A stretch of DNA of 64,000 nucleotides from Lingula anatina (lineage: Eukaryota > Animalia > Brachiopoda), in contig CM120647.1 in NCBI GenBank assembly GCA_051362555.1, positions 12,128,651-12,192,650 on the forward strand. The letters are read 5' to 3'. Below the pieces are notes generated by a model. It was not told the origin of the DNA. It worked only from the letters and a program-made list of their open reading frames with translations, and did no database searches. Made by a program: the position numbers and the translations under genes. Every line of letters starts with the position of its first letter. The stretch's first letter is position 1. Below, piece by piece: positions 12,364 to 25,497 of the stretch.

Positions 12364-13996
12364 CTAGAACCCATGTCGTTCGCTTGAAAGGCGGGGCCCA
12401 CTATAAAGGCTCATATTGAGGTTATATAAGTAATTGTTGGAAGTTATGGGATCGATATAAAAACGTCCAGCAAAATGACGGCGAGTAAAGCCAAGATAGG
12501 AATAAATGGCATCTGAAAGTGATAGAAAACGTCTACAAATATGTAGGTTTCGACATACTGTAGTATCAACCTTTGCGCCCACATATAATAATACAGCTTA
12601 CACTGCAGATAGTATGTATCACTTTATGACCCCATTCCCATACAGCCTTCTCCGAGGGGTTTCTCGCTAAATTATATTAGCCTAAGCGACTTTGATGTCT
12701 GGCACGCCTACTGAAGCTGTTAAGGGTAAGGGGTTAAGGGGTTGACTATCGTTTAGCAGCTTAGGTGAGTAGCCCATTATGTTATATTTACCAGGAATCA
12801 TTGCTGATGTATTCAATGATATTAATTTTGATTGTATCTGGAATGCGTTGCGAATTGTTTTTGAGGCTGAGATGTTGTTTTCCGTGGAATCTGAATTATC
12901 CCAAATATACGGACGTTGTCTATTCACTTCATTTACTTGCCTTTTTCTTTCATTTCTTTATTAAATTAACTGTGATCAAGCAATGATAAAGCTTTCTTTC
13001 ATTTGTTTTTTAACAATTTCAATCATTCTTTTTGTTCATTTATTTCTATTTAATTTTTTTAACTTTCTAGTTCCTCTTCTATTTAATATTATTTAAAACA
13101 TTATCATTGCAACATTCTACTTCTATGAAGGATGTTCGTGAAACTTAAGCCTTGATAGATGTTTTTACTGAAATAACTTTGGTCAATTAAATAAGAACGT
13201 ATACTTTTATTCCTGATCACGAGAGATACGACTTACTTTGGGCTTGTTACGCTTCCTTCCGGTCGGGAGGAACTCCTTGTGCTTGTTTGAAAAATCAACT
13301 TTTTGTTTGCTTTTGAGCCACAACACATATAGCTGACATCAGGCAATAGTATATTACTGCATCTAGGTAAATGCTTAACTGCGTTTGTCTTATTCAACCC
13401 ACATGTGTTTTCTTTTCAGTCTCATTTCTCAAAACAATATGAGTCATTGTTTTCATGTCTTGTTTTCACGTTTGTCAGCAAAATGTGCACAACTCATCAT
13501 GCTGGCTTTCTTCAGCCTTGAGTATAGGAAAATGTAGATGATTTTCAAGGATCTGATTGGCCTAGATGCCTAATGACGGAATTCACCTTCAGATGTGTTA
13601 AGTTTATCACACTCAGTTTCAAACACACACACCTGGATAATCTTGAAGGCGCTGAGGTCGATACTCATCGATTTTGCGAACAGTGGTTCAAGGTAAGTAA
13701 TGAAGTAGAAAAGTTGTTTCACTTCTGCACACACTTAGACATTCTATTCTGAACTGTATTTAGTCATATGTTTGAAGCCCAATCCCTTCAACTTGTTGCT
13801 CATTCGTTGTTGTTTTTTCTTTTTTTTTCATTTTTCATCGCAGTAGGAACAGGGATGTTATGTGCGTCATGGCACCACATCAATGTACATTTACTTAAGG
13901 TTATAGCATAACATGAATGCGTACATGAAATTGTGATTCTATTCTAAAGTTACAGCATCAGTTTTGAACTTCACAACCACTTAGCTCTCCCTCTCA

Positions 13997-14043
<47 letters not shown>

Positions 14044-14094
14044 GATATATCATTTTATACTGATTTATCTTTCTTGCAGAATACAGTATTTATC

Positions 14095-14661
14095 ATGCAA
14101 ATTACAATTGGGCTTGGCGTGTGTCTCTTCATCAGCCCTTTCATCGCCACATACTGTGGTGGTGTCGGTAAGTTCTCCCTTTCCGTCAAGTTGGACCTAA
14201 GAATATTTGTAAATAACAACTAAGGTTGTCAACAATGTATTCAATGTTACATCCATGATATAAATTAATATGATGTAGAAAGCCAGAAAATAATTCAGAT
14301 GGAGCTCTACTTTAAGAACATAAGGGTTGAAAACAAATTGCAGCAGCACTGTATTGAGTTTCCTTGTAAAAATAATGCAAATAAGTTTGTATTACATTTC
14401 CATATTCCAGAGTATAAAAAAAATTCAATATGTGATGGAAGGGCAGGTTCATGGAATGAGGAGGAGATTTCGAATGATAATAACGTGCAATACGAAACGG
14501 TGGAAAAGCGAGAAGAGGACAGCATGGTATTGGACCAGTTCAATCAAGAGCAAAGCAAGCATCAAAAGCGCAGTGAAGGACTACAATCTTCGGCGAAGAA
14601 ACAGAGTCGTAGACACAAAGTACATTCGACCGGAAAGAACATAAGGAAACCCAACCATTAA
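14095..14661 (+). CDS. Gene B2: secreted prepropeptide, 107 aa; exons 14095-14167 and 14411-14661
   Basis: Intact copy of B1 with conserved splice sites. The TATA box is altered (GATAA). Confidence 0.75.
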
Positions 14662-16271
14662 AGACAAGTCAAGAGTTTGACATAGTAAAAGGAATACATG
14701 TAAGTGTTAAGAAATCCTCAGATGATAGAAGCACTGATTAAATGTGATATTTTAAGTCCTCAGCAGCACTGCAGGGGTACTACAGAGTAGAATTCCACCA
14801 TGTTTTGACTATAATACATTCAAAACAGTTTATTCCATTAAAAACTGTATTTCGGTTTTCAATTCCTAATTGAATAATGTTATATTCTGTTTCAGGCGTC
14901 GACTAGAGAAGACATGTTGACATATTCAGAAAGAATCGTATTTTAATCTAAAGTATGTTTGCGATTAGAAATTGAATTGAAATAAACGGATCAAACGGCT
15001 ATTTAAAAATGTTTTTGTTGGAAGCATCAACAGATTGCTTGTACACAAGTTTGACTTTTTAACGATAGCGTTCATTTGGACCTTTTCTCGGTGAAGCATT
15101 GCATACCCGTCGGAAACGTAAACTCTTACTTTTTTATATAAACCCAACTTAAAGCAATGGCAAAAGGACTCTGCTCGCCGACGCTTTCTGGTTTAAAGTG
15201 CTGAATAAATCTTAAGCTGCATTATGCTTCAGTTTGCATTCAATAACAAAAACATTTCACCGACATCTAGGCAACCATTTTCTTATTTTAGAGCGCAATA
15301 ACACCGCAGGCAATCCTTATTTATTTCTACCTATTTTATTTCATGTTCGACAGCAATGTTGTTTTAACTGTTCTGGTGGTTGTCGGTGATTACCAGACAA
15401 CACATTATTCAGGGATTTTGCTTAAGAGAAATGTGTTAAATTAAATGTTTGCAGTCTAACGTATTTAAGTTATCAGTGTTTAAGGTTTTATAATGTCTAG
15501 CTGTTATGCTCAGAAAAACCAAAGACACATCGTTTACTTTGGAGTCCCATATATGATAGTACACTTATCTCGCTCGACCCACATAATTTCTCTACATCTT
15601 CCTTTCTCATGTTAGACATCGATGTTGTTTCAATTTATTCAATTAAAGGCGTTGTTCTACTGGCTGTCAAATAAAAGACAATATATTATGCAGGTTCATT
15701 GCTTTTACTGGGTTAAGCAGGTGCGGTATATTTTCAGGGACGATAATAAGAAGCTTGATTCAAAATATTCAAGTATATCTCTGAGTGTGTCAGTTTTGAG
15801 TATAAATCAGGCAGGAGTCAAGGTCGGCACATACCGATATCTTTATCGAGTCTGTAAACAACACTTTTCTCGGTAAGTAAATGTATTTTCTGAACAAACT
15901 AGGGAACCTACGTGTGTTTTGTAACTCACACATTCAATTTCGCTGTACGCCATGTTCGACATCTAATGATTGGCTGTGTGTTTTCATTAAACTGCCTGTC
16001 TTGCTTCTATTTTATTCCCTTCGTTTTCTTTCCGGTAACAGTATTTTAAAACCACATGACAAAAAAGATGTACATTAATTTACAGTAAGTGTTAACATTT
16101 AGCAACTGTACCGAACTGATGGAACTTTGATTTGGTTGGGAAGTGACATACCACAGCATTGATTACCAAGCCTTCCTTTCCCCTTCTCTCTCTCTCTCTC
16201 TCTCTTTCATATTCTAACAATCTGAGACAGCACTGGCACAGAAAAAAACTTTCTTTTAGGAGTGCGATACC

Positions 16272-16996
16272 ATGAACCCTACCATCCCAATGAGTGTGTG
16301 TGTTTTGATCTGTCTGGTTTACTCCCTCGATGCTAACACTGAAAATGGTATGTTGCCACTTCCTTCATAAAGCTACCTGATAATATTTATAGCTGATGGG
16401 CTGTAACATATATACAGATTACAAAGAACGTATATAACATACAATTTTTTGGTAGACAAGTAAGTAGCACAAAACATAGGCCAACAGTCCCCCGCCTACT
16501 ATGCGGAATGCTTCATATATTAGAATATAATAAGATTATTGTGTTATTTTCCAGTGGATAGATGGTTTTGTAAACTCAGAGACAAGATTAATAATTATCT
16601 GGTTCTTCGAATGAGAAGAACATTGCTAATTTTAGGTACTTTTTTCCAGCAATGGACAGAAACAGAAAGCGAGAAGACAAACTTACATTGCTGCACACAT
16701 CAAATCTGGACCAATATAACCGTGATGGACGTAGCGAAGGACAAGAAGTACCAGAAGCTGAGACTAAGATAATAATACACAAGGACAGAAAACAGATGAA
16801 GCATTACAAGCAGGGCCAGAGCTTGAGAAGGTGCCCCGGCAGCATCACACAAAAAAGTCAAGAGATAGAACAGAGATGGAAGAGTTTGCCTCACGGAGAC
16901 AAGTGCGATGACGACGAATGCTTGTCTGACTGCATCATAAGCAACAATATCGGGGGCACCTGCCAGAATAATCAGTGTGTTTGTATCCAGGCGTAG
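16272..16996 (+). CDS. Gene C2: intact prepropeptide with an anionic defensin-like domain, 140 aa; exons 16272-16347 and 16650-16996
   Basis: Signal exon, phase-1 GTATGT donor and TTCCAG acceptor give AMDRNRKR...DRK...SLRR-CPGSITQKSQEIEQRWKSLPHGDKCDDDECLSDCIISNNIGGTCQNNQCVCIQA. Confidence 0.85.
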
Positions 16997-17361
16997 TATT
17001 TATGTGAGTAGTAGATAGTGCTCATAAAATGCTTAAAAATGAGCTTTGTTTCAAATTGAGGGCAAAGGCAAATGTCTGCTAGCTATTTTCGGTCCATCAC
17101 TGTTCCATATGCTCTATGAATGTACATTATTTTAGATGTGTTAATTTCCCCATCAATTAGACACTTTTCAATCGTAAGATGTCTGAGTTTTGATCATGCA
17201 AACCCTCTGGAAAGGGAAAGGAGAATATTTTTAATTTTATTCTGACTGCTTTGCTTTTCAGTTTCAAATTAATGTGCTTTATATTCTTTTTTTTTTTCTT
17301 TCAGGCATATGTTGCTAATTCGGATGAGCCGTTGCACGGTATCTTATACGTTTACAGTTAT

Positions 17362-18364
17362 CCGCACGACTTTGGACAGCCTCTAAAAGTTTGCATTGCT
17401 CTATAGTTAGTCCTGGATGCCATACAGGGCAGGCATATTCTAGAATTGAGCGCATAATACTTTGGTAAACTTGGATTAAGTCAGCAGGGCTGAGCTTAGC
17501 TCGCTTCAGTTGACGGAGGAAATAGAGTCTTGCACATGCCTTTTTATATATATGATCCACATGAGTACCCCATTTTAGGTCATTGCTAATATGGATGCCC
17601 AGAAGTTTGAACTGTGTAACCTCACAGATTGGCGTGTCATTTATAACTATTGGTGGGAGGTCTGGTTTAGAACGTGTAAAATTTAGGGTCATGGTCTTGG
17701 TTTTTTTGGCATTCAGTTTCATATTGTTATTTTGTGTCCACAGCACTATTTCGTTACTTGCACTTTGTAAGCAGCATGGACCATCAATATTACAAATGTC
17801 AAACACTGTAGTATCGTCAACATATTTGTAGTCTGGACATCTGGATTTTAAGTCATCAATCATGATGGAAAAAAGCAGTGGCCCAAGAAGGGTACCCTGG
17901 GGTACTCCACCATGTGGGTGTAGCCATTCAGAGAGTGAGCTTTTATATTTTACTCTCTGGGAGCGGTTGGATAGGAATGACTGCACCCACCTGACAAGTA
18001 GATCAGGTACACCCTTGTCATAAAGTGTTCTTAGTAAAATGTTATGATCAATGAGATCAAATGCCTTTGAAAAGTCCAGGAAAAGAATTCTGGCATACTT
18101 CTTGTGATTTTGAGAGGGTTCAAGACCCTGCATCCAATTGTGAATGAGTTCAGTTACTGCATGTGTAGTGGAACTGCCCTTGACTACTCCAAACTGTGTT
18201 CTGTCAATATTAATGTATTCGAAAATCCACTTAACAATAAAAGATTCAAACACTTTACTAAGAACAGGGGTGAGTGATATTGGACGCAAGTCATTCTCAA
18301 TAGACATTGGTGGAGAGGATTTAGGAAGAGGGATGACATCAGCTGATTTCCATACGTCAGGGAC
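17362..18364 (-). mobile_element. Non-LTR retrotransposon RT fragment, copy 2 (uninterrupted frame)
   Basis: ORF 17315-18382 with GVPQGTLLGPLLF and YVDD. Both ORF ends read into host sequence. Confidence 0.92.
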
Positions 18365-18786
18365 GTCAATGGTAAGTGCCATTCCTTCTTAAACTTAGTA
18401 TGCACTTATTGTATATTTAGATGACAGGCGATGATTTCAAGAATGTTGCTTTTGAGGCGTTTAACACAAAATAAACATGTTTATCACTCACAGCAGTTTA
18501 AACGTCATGTTAACGAGGAGTTGCAATAGGGTAGTTTGCCCTGCCCAGTCACCAAACATTCACCCCTTGAAAACCAGAGTGCAATAAATAAATAAATAAA
18601 TAAATAATAAAATATTGCAATACTATCTGATTTTAACAGGACCAAGATACTTTTACAAATACATGTATACTGCTCACCGAAGTTTAAACGCCATTTTAAC
18701 GAGGAGTTGCAATCACGCTTGTACCATCTGCCCAAAAAAAAAAAAAAAAAAAAAGGGGGATATCATGCAATAATATCTTATTCTAG

Positions 18787-18995
18787 CACCATTTCGGAAT
18801 GTGAAGGGCGAAAAGGGATCGGCCATCGAGGAAAAACTTGAAGTGTCTCAATGTAGAAATGAGAGGCCTGGACCGCCCCATAACAATCGTCGTAATATCG
18901 GGTGCGATGATGAAGAGAGCTGGTCTGACTGCATCACCAGCCACCAACTAGGGGGTACATGCCAGAATGATCAGTGCGTCTGTTTTAGGTGTTAG
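18787..18995 (+). pseudogene. A3: orphan cargo exon of gene A
   Basis: Same lesions as A2 (Cys>Ser, KR>KG, no signal exon). Confidence 0.8.
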
Positions 18996-19703
18996 ATCAG
19001 TGTACGTATATCCATCATAAAATATGGTGTAATGTAAATCTCATGACCGATCTTTTGCATACATTTCCGATCATATTAATCAATGTTCCTCCATCACTGC
19101 ATTTATGTCGTTATAGTTACGATATGGTTTTTATATACATTCTTTTGAATTATATGTAAATTTCTACTTTCTGTTCAATCTTGCAGGAGTTATCAGGATG
19201 GATATGACTTCAACAACATTATACTCTATGGGAAATTATGTATCGATTTTTAGCATTTGATGATATTCTTTATTATACATTTTCCAGGCATTTTCCAGTT
19301 CTTCTGGCAAACCGGAGAACATTCTGTGCAACTCTGAGAGACGTCAAGAGTGGTGTGCCTTGATAATATGTCTGCACATAGATTATTTCACGTAAACCTC
19401 CAAATACATAATATTTAAGGGAAAAGAAATACTGTTCTTTAAAACTCTTTTAACATTGTAACCAGTAGTATCAATAATTCCTTAACATATGGCACTAAAA
19501 GAAAGCTATAATATTTAATGGAAATACCTCACCTCATCGTCAGAGATGATGGTTTTAATGAAGAAGTGCTCTGCACGGGGTATATTATGATACCATATTA
19601 AAACGTATAAGATAATGTTCTGATGTCAGCTGTGATCTCCTTTAATACATAAATTCGATTACGCAAATGTATGCTTGTCTGACCAACAGCCAAAAGTGGG
19701 TTT

Positions 19704-20506
19704 TCAGCCACGTAAGGATGTCAAGAATTTAAAGGTTGGCCCTGCCGTGGGTCCTCTAATATCCATGGTGGCAGGGATCTCTGCCAGAGCCTTTCCTTGC
19801 AGGGACAAGGCGTGCATTAAGGTAATGCAATCTCGAAGCCTGTCGGGTTTGCCCGAGAAGCTCTCCTGAAGACAATCTAAGAGATTCGTGTACATTCGGT
19901 CAAAAATGCCTGACATCGCAATCGCTCGGGGATTTCCGGCCAAATTAAGGGAGTTGGGATTATCAACTGTGGGTCATACGCCATTTTTGTCAAAAAGGAT
20001 GCGTGGTCCGGTGTATTAGTATTTGACATGACATTGGATTTCTTCTTCCTGACGGGCATTGTAAAGGTTGTGTTCGCATTTTCCATATTCCTCTTTTTGT
20101 CCACCTTTACTCGGACTTCCCTGTGCGACATCATTCCTAGCGTTCTTCTGTATCAAAGTCTCAAATTTAAACTGGTTTTTATTGCAAGACTCACTGTTTG
20201 AATTGTGACGTCCTTCAGGACACCCCTTACCGCTGGCCATCTTACCTGTGACGCGAATTTCTCTCCCCTGAACGATCTGTGCAAATTTATAATAGTGTGA
20301 AAGATCACCCAGGTCTCTTGTCAAGGGCATGCACGCGTCCCCACCCTCCCCTTGTTCGGTTATCAAAGCAATGGCGTCTAGGACCGATGACAGGTTGAAA
20401 ATTGGAAAAGGTTTAATGCTTTCTCTCATACCGTACCAGAGGCTCTCGTTAATTTGATAGCCCGGATCGCCCGTGAATATATCAATGTCGTTTTTGCTCA
20501 AATTGA
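19704..20506 (-). pseudogene. F3: ferritin-like (VioB-type) copy with two premature stops
   Basis: Shares the TGG>TGA stop with F2 and adds GAA>TAA at 20016-20018. Confidence 0.8.
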
Positions 20507-22124
20507 CTAGAACCCATGTCGTTCGCTTGAAAGGCGGGGCCCACTATAAAGGCTCATATTGAGGTTATATAAGTAATTGTTGGAAGTTATGGGATCGATA
20601 TAAAAACGTCCAGCAAAATGTAGGCGAGGAAAGCCAAGATAGGAATAAATGGCATCTGAAAGTGATAGAAAACGTCTACAAATATGTAGGTTTCGACATA
20701 CTGTAGTATCAACCTTTGCGCCTTCATATAATAATGCAGCTTTCACTGCAGATATTATGTATCACTTTATGACCCCATTCCCATACAGCCTTCTCCGAGG
20801 GGTTTCTCGCTAAATTATATTAGCCTAAGCGACTTTGATGTCTGGCACGCCTACTGAAGCTGTTGAAGGGTAATTGACTATCGTTTAGGTGAGTAGCCCA
20901 TTATGTTATATTTACCAGGAATCATTGCTGATGTATTCAATGATATTAATTTTGATTGTATCGGGAATGCGTTGCGAATTGTTTTTGAGGCTGAGATGTT
21001 GTTTTCCGTGGAATCTGAATTATCCCAAATATACGGACGTTGTCTATTCACTTCATTTACTTGCCTTTTTCTTTCATTTCTTTATTAAATTAACTGTGAT
21101 CAAGCAATGATAAAGCTTTCTTTCATTTGTTTTTTTTTAACAATTTCAATCATTCATTTTTTTCATTTATTTCTATTTAATTTTTTTAACTTTCTAGTTC
21201 CTCTTCTATTTAATATTATTTAAAACATTACCATTGCAACATTCTACTTCTATGAAGGATGTTCGTGAAACTTAAGCCTTGATAGATGTTTTTACTGAAA
21301 TAACTTTGGTCAATTAAATAAGAACGTATACTTTTATTCCTGATCACGAGAGATACGACTTACTTTGGACTTGTTACGCTTCCTTCCGGTCGGGAGGAAC
21401 TCCTTGTGCTTGTTTGAAAAATCAACATTTTGTTTGCTTTTGAGCCACAACACATATAGCTGACATCAGGCAATAGTATATTACTGCATCTAGGTAAATG
21501 CTTAACTGCGTTTGTCTTATTCAACCCACATGTGTTTTCTTTTCAGTCTCATTTCTCAAAACAATATGAGTCATTGTTTTCATGTCTTGTTTTCACGTTT
21601 GTCAGCAAAATGTGCACAACTCATCATGCTGGCTTTCTTCAGCCTTGAGTATAGGAAAATGTAGATGATTTTCAAGGATCTGATTGGCCTAGATGCTTAA
21701 TGACGGAATGCACCTTCAGATGTGTTAAGTTTATCACACTCAGTTTCAAACACACACACTTGCATAATCTTGAAGGCGCTGAGGTCGATACTCATCGATT
21801 TTGCGAACAGTGGTTCAAGGTAAGTAATGAAGTAGAAAAGTTGTTTCTCTTCTGCACACACTTAGACATTCTATTCTGAACTGTATTTAGTCATATGTTT
21901 GAAGCCCAATCCCTTCAACTTGTTGCTCATTCGTTGTTGTTTTTTTTTTTTTTTTTCTTTTTTTTTTTCATTCTTCATCGCAGTAGGAACAGGGATGTTA
22001 TGTGCGTCATGGCACCACATCAATGTACATTTACTTAAGGTTATAGCATAACATGAATGCGTACATGAAATTGTGATTCTATTCTAAAGTGACAGCATCA
22101 GTTTTGAACTTCACAACCACTTAG

Positions 22125-22171
<47 letters not shown>

Positions 22172-22222
22172 GATATATCATTTTATACTGATTTATCTTT
22201 CTTTCAGAATACAGTATTTATC

Positions 22223-22789
22223 ATGCAAATTACAATTGCGCTTGGCGTGTGTCTCTTCATCAGCCCTTTTATCGCCACATACTGCGGTGGTGTCGGTAAG
22301 TTCTCCCTTTCCGTCAAGTTGGACCTAAGAATATTTGTAAATAACAACTAAGGTTGTCAACAATGTATTCAATGTTACATCCATGATATAAATTAATATG
22401 ATGTAGAAAGCCAGAAAATAATTCAGATGGAGCTCTACTTTAAGAACATAAGGGTTGAAAACAAATTGCAGCAGCACTGTATTGAGTTTCCTTGTAAAAA
22501 TAATGCAAATAAGTTTGTATTACATTTCCATATTCCAGAGTATAAAAAAAATTCAATATGTGATGGAAGGGCAGGTTCATGGAGTGAGGAGGAGATTTCG
22601 AATGATAATAACGTGCAATTCGAAACGGAAGAAAAGCGAGAAGAGGACAGCATGGTATTGGACCAGTTCAATCAAGAGCAAAGCAAGCATCAAAAGCGCA
22701 GTGAAGGACTACAATCTTCGGCGAAGAAACAGAGTCGTAGACACAAAGTACATTCGACCGGAAAGAACATAAGGAAACCCAACCATTGA
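22223..22789 (+). CDS. Gene B3: secreted prepropeptide, 107 aa; exons 22223-22295 and 22539-22789
   Basis: Intact copy of B1 with a few substitutions and conserved splice sites. The TATA box is altered (CATAA). Confidence 0.75.
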
Positions 22790-24681
22790 AGACAAGTCAA
22801 GAGTTTGACATAGTAAAAGGAATACACGTAAGTGTTAAGAAATCCTCAGATGATAGAAGCACTGATTAAATGGGATCTTTTAAGTCCTCAGCAGCACTGC
22901 AGGGGTACTAAAGAGGAGAATTCCACCATGTTTTGACTATAATACATTCAAAACAGTTTATTCCATTAAAAACTGTATTTCGGTTTTCAATTCCTAATTG
23001 AATAATGTTATATTCTGTTTCAGGCGTCGACTAGAGAAGACATGTTGACATATTCAGAAAGAATCGTATTTTAATCTAAAGTATGTTTGCGATTAGAAAT
23101 TGAATTGAAATAAACGGATCAAACGGCTATTTAAAAATGGTTTTGTTGGCAGCATCAACAGATTGCTTGTACACAAGTTTGACTTTTTAACGATAGCGTT
23201 CATTTGGCCCTTTTCTCGGTGAAGCATTGCATACCGGTTGGAACCGTAAATTCTTACTTTTTTATATAAACCCAACTTTAAGCGATGGCAAAAGGGCTCT
23301 GCTCGCCGACGCTTTCTGGTTTAAAGTCCTGAATAAATCTTAAGCTGCATTATGCTTCAGTTTTCATACTATAACTAAAACATTACACCGACATCTAGAC
23401 TACTGTTTGGTTATTTTCGAGCACAATAACACCGCGGGCATTCCTTATTTTTTTCTACATATTTTATTTCATGTTCGACAGCAATGTTGTTTTAACTGTT
23501 CTGGTGGTTGTCGGTGATTACCAGACAACACATTATTCAGGGCTTTTGCTTAAGAGAAAATGTGCAAGGTACATTTGAAGGGGCGCTTATAATGTAAGAA
23601 TTCCAATTATTCAAGTTAGTGCGCGAGTGTTTCAGTTATGTCAAGAAGTCCAACAGGAGCAAAGGTTGAAGCATAGGGATAAATTTGTAGATTATGTCAA
23701 CAATATTTTCGATGAGTAAATGAAATTTCTGAACAAGCAAATGTTGTTTTTTATGTTTGTTATATGTCAAGTTAAATGTTTGCAGTCTAACGTATTTGAG
23801 TTATCGGTGTCTTTAAGGTTTTATAATGTCTAGCTGTTAAGCTCAGAAAAACCAAAGACACATCGTTTACTTTGGAGTTCCATATATGATAGTATATTTA
23901 TTTCGCTCGACCCACATAATGTCTCTACGTCTTCCTTTCTCATGTTAGATATCGATGTTATTTCAATTTCTTCAATTAAAGGTGTTGTTCTACTGGTTGA
24001 CAAATAAAAGACAACATATTATGCAGGTTCTTTGCTTTTATTGGGTATTACAGGTGCGGAACAATTTTAGGGACGATTATAAGAAGCTTGATTAAAAATT
24101 TTCAAGTATATCTCGGAGTGTGTCAGTTTTGTGTATAAGTCAGGCAGGAAACAAGGTCGGCACATACCGATATCTTTATCGAGTCTGTTTACAGCACTTT
24201 TCTCGGTAAGTAAATGTATTTTCTTAACATACCAGGGTACGTGCGTGTGTTTTGTGATCTCACATATTCAATTTCGCTGTCCGTCATGTTTGACATCTAA
24301 CATATTTGAAGTTTGCCTGCGTATTTTCATTAAACTCTCTGTACTTTATAAGTTAACATATGCAGAAATACTCCATCACACTGACTCAGCCATTTCCTTT
24401 CTGCCATAATTTCATTCCCTTCGTTTTCTTTTCTGTAAAAGTATTTTCAAACCCCATGACAAACAAGGTGGACATTAATTTACAGTAAGTGTTTGCATTA
24501 AGTAATTGTACCAAACTGATGGAACTTTGATTTGGTTGGGAAGTGACATGTCACAGTATTGATTATCACGTGTTCCTTTTCCCACTCCCCCCTCTCTCTA
24601 TCTCATATTCCGACAGTAGAACTGACACAGACAGACAGTAGCACTGACACAGATAAACCTTTCTTTTAGGAGTACAATACC

Positions 24682-25497
24682 ATGAAAGTTACCATCCCAC
24701 TGAGCGTGTGTGTTTTGATCTGTCTGGTTTACTCCCTTGATGCTGACAGTGATAATGGTATGTTGCCCCTTCCCTCATAAAGATACCTGTATGATAATAT
24801 GTATAGCTGATGGGCTGTAACAAAACGACATACAGATTAGAAAGAAAGTATATAAGATACAATGTTTGGCAGACAAGTACGTATCACAAAACATAGGCAA
24901 ATATAGTCCCCCGCCTACTATAAGAAATGCTTTATATCTTAAAATATAATATGCATGGGAAAAAAACCATTTAAAACGACTTGAATCATTTACGTGTATG
25001 GTACACATTGCATGCAGCAAAGATGGAATGGTTATTGTGTTATATACCAGTGGATAGATTGTTTTGTAAACTCAGAGACAAGATTGAGAAGTATCTGGTT
25101 CTTCGAATGAGAAGAATATTGCTAATTTTAGGTACTTTTTTGTAGCAATGGACAGAAATAGAAAGCGAGAGGACAAACTTACATTGCTGCGCACACCAAA
25201 TTTAATCTAGACCAATATAACCATAATGGACGTAGCGAAGGACCAGAAGTACCAGAAGCTGAGACTAAGATAAAACTACACAAGGACAGAAAACAGATGA
25301 AGCATGACGAGCAGGGACAGAGCTTGAAAAGGTGCACCGGCTACATCACACAAAAACTACAAGAGTTAGACCAGAGATGGAAGGGTTCGTCTCAAGAGGA
25401 CAAGTGTGATGATAACGAATGTTGGTCTGACTGTATTGCAAACAACAATGTCGGGGGCACCTGCCAGAATGATCAGTGTGTCTGTTTCCAGTCGTAA
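24682..25497 (+). pseudogene. Gene C3: diverged defensin-like prepropeptide; a 5-nt insertion gives an early TAG (25208-25210) unless a new acceptor is used
   Basis: Signal exon 24682-24757 (MKVTIPLSVCVLICLVYSLDA), acceptor 25145, TTAAT insertion relative to C2. Cys domain intact: KR-CTGY...CDDNECWSDCIANNNVGGTCQNDQCVCFQS. 3'UTR exon from 25807; AATAAA 25962. Confidence 0.65.

Noticed and set aside
17315-18382. 355-aa RT ORF as an active retroelement or domesticated gene
   Set aside because: No endonuclease domain, 5' end or 3' tail. Start and stop codons come from flanking host DNA, and the sister copy is frameshifted.
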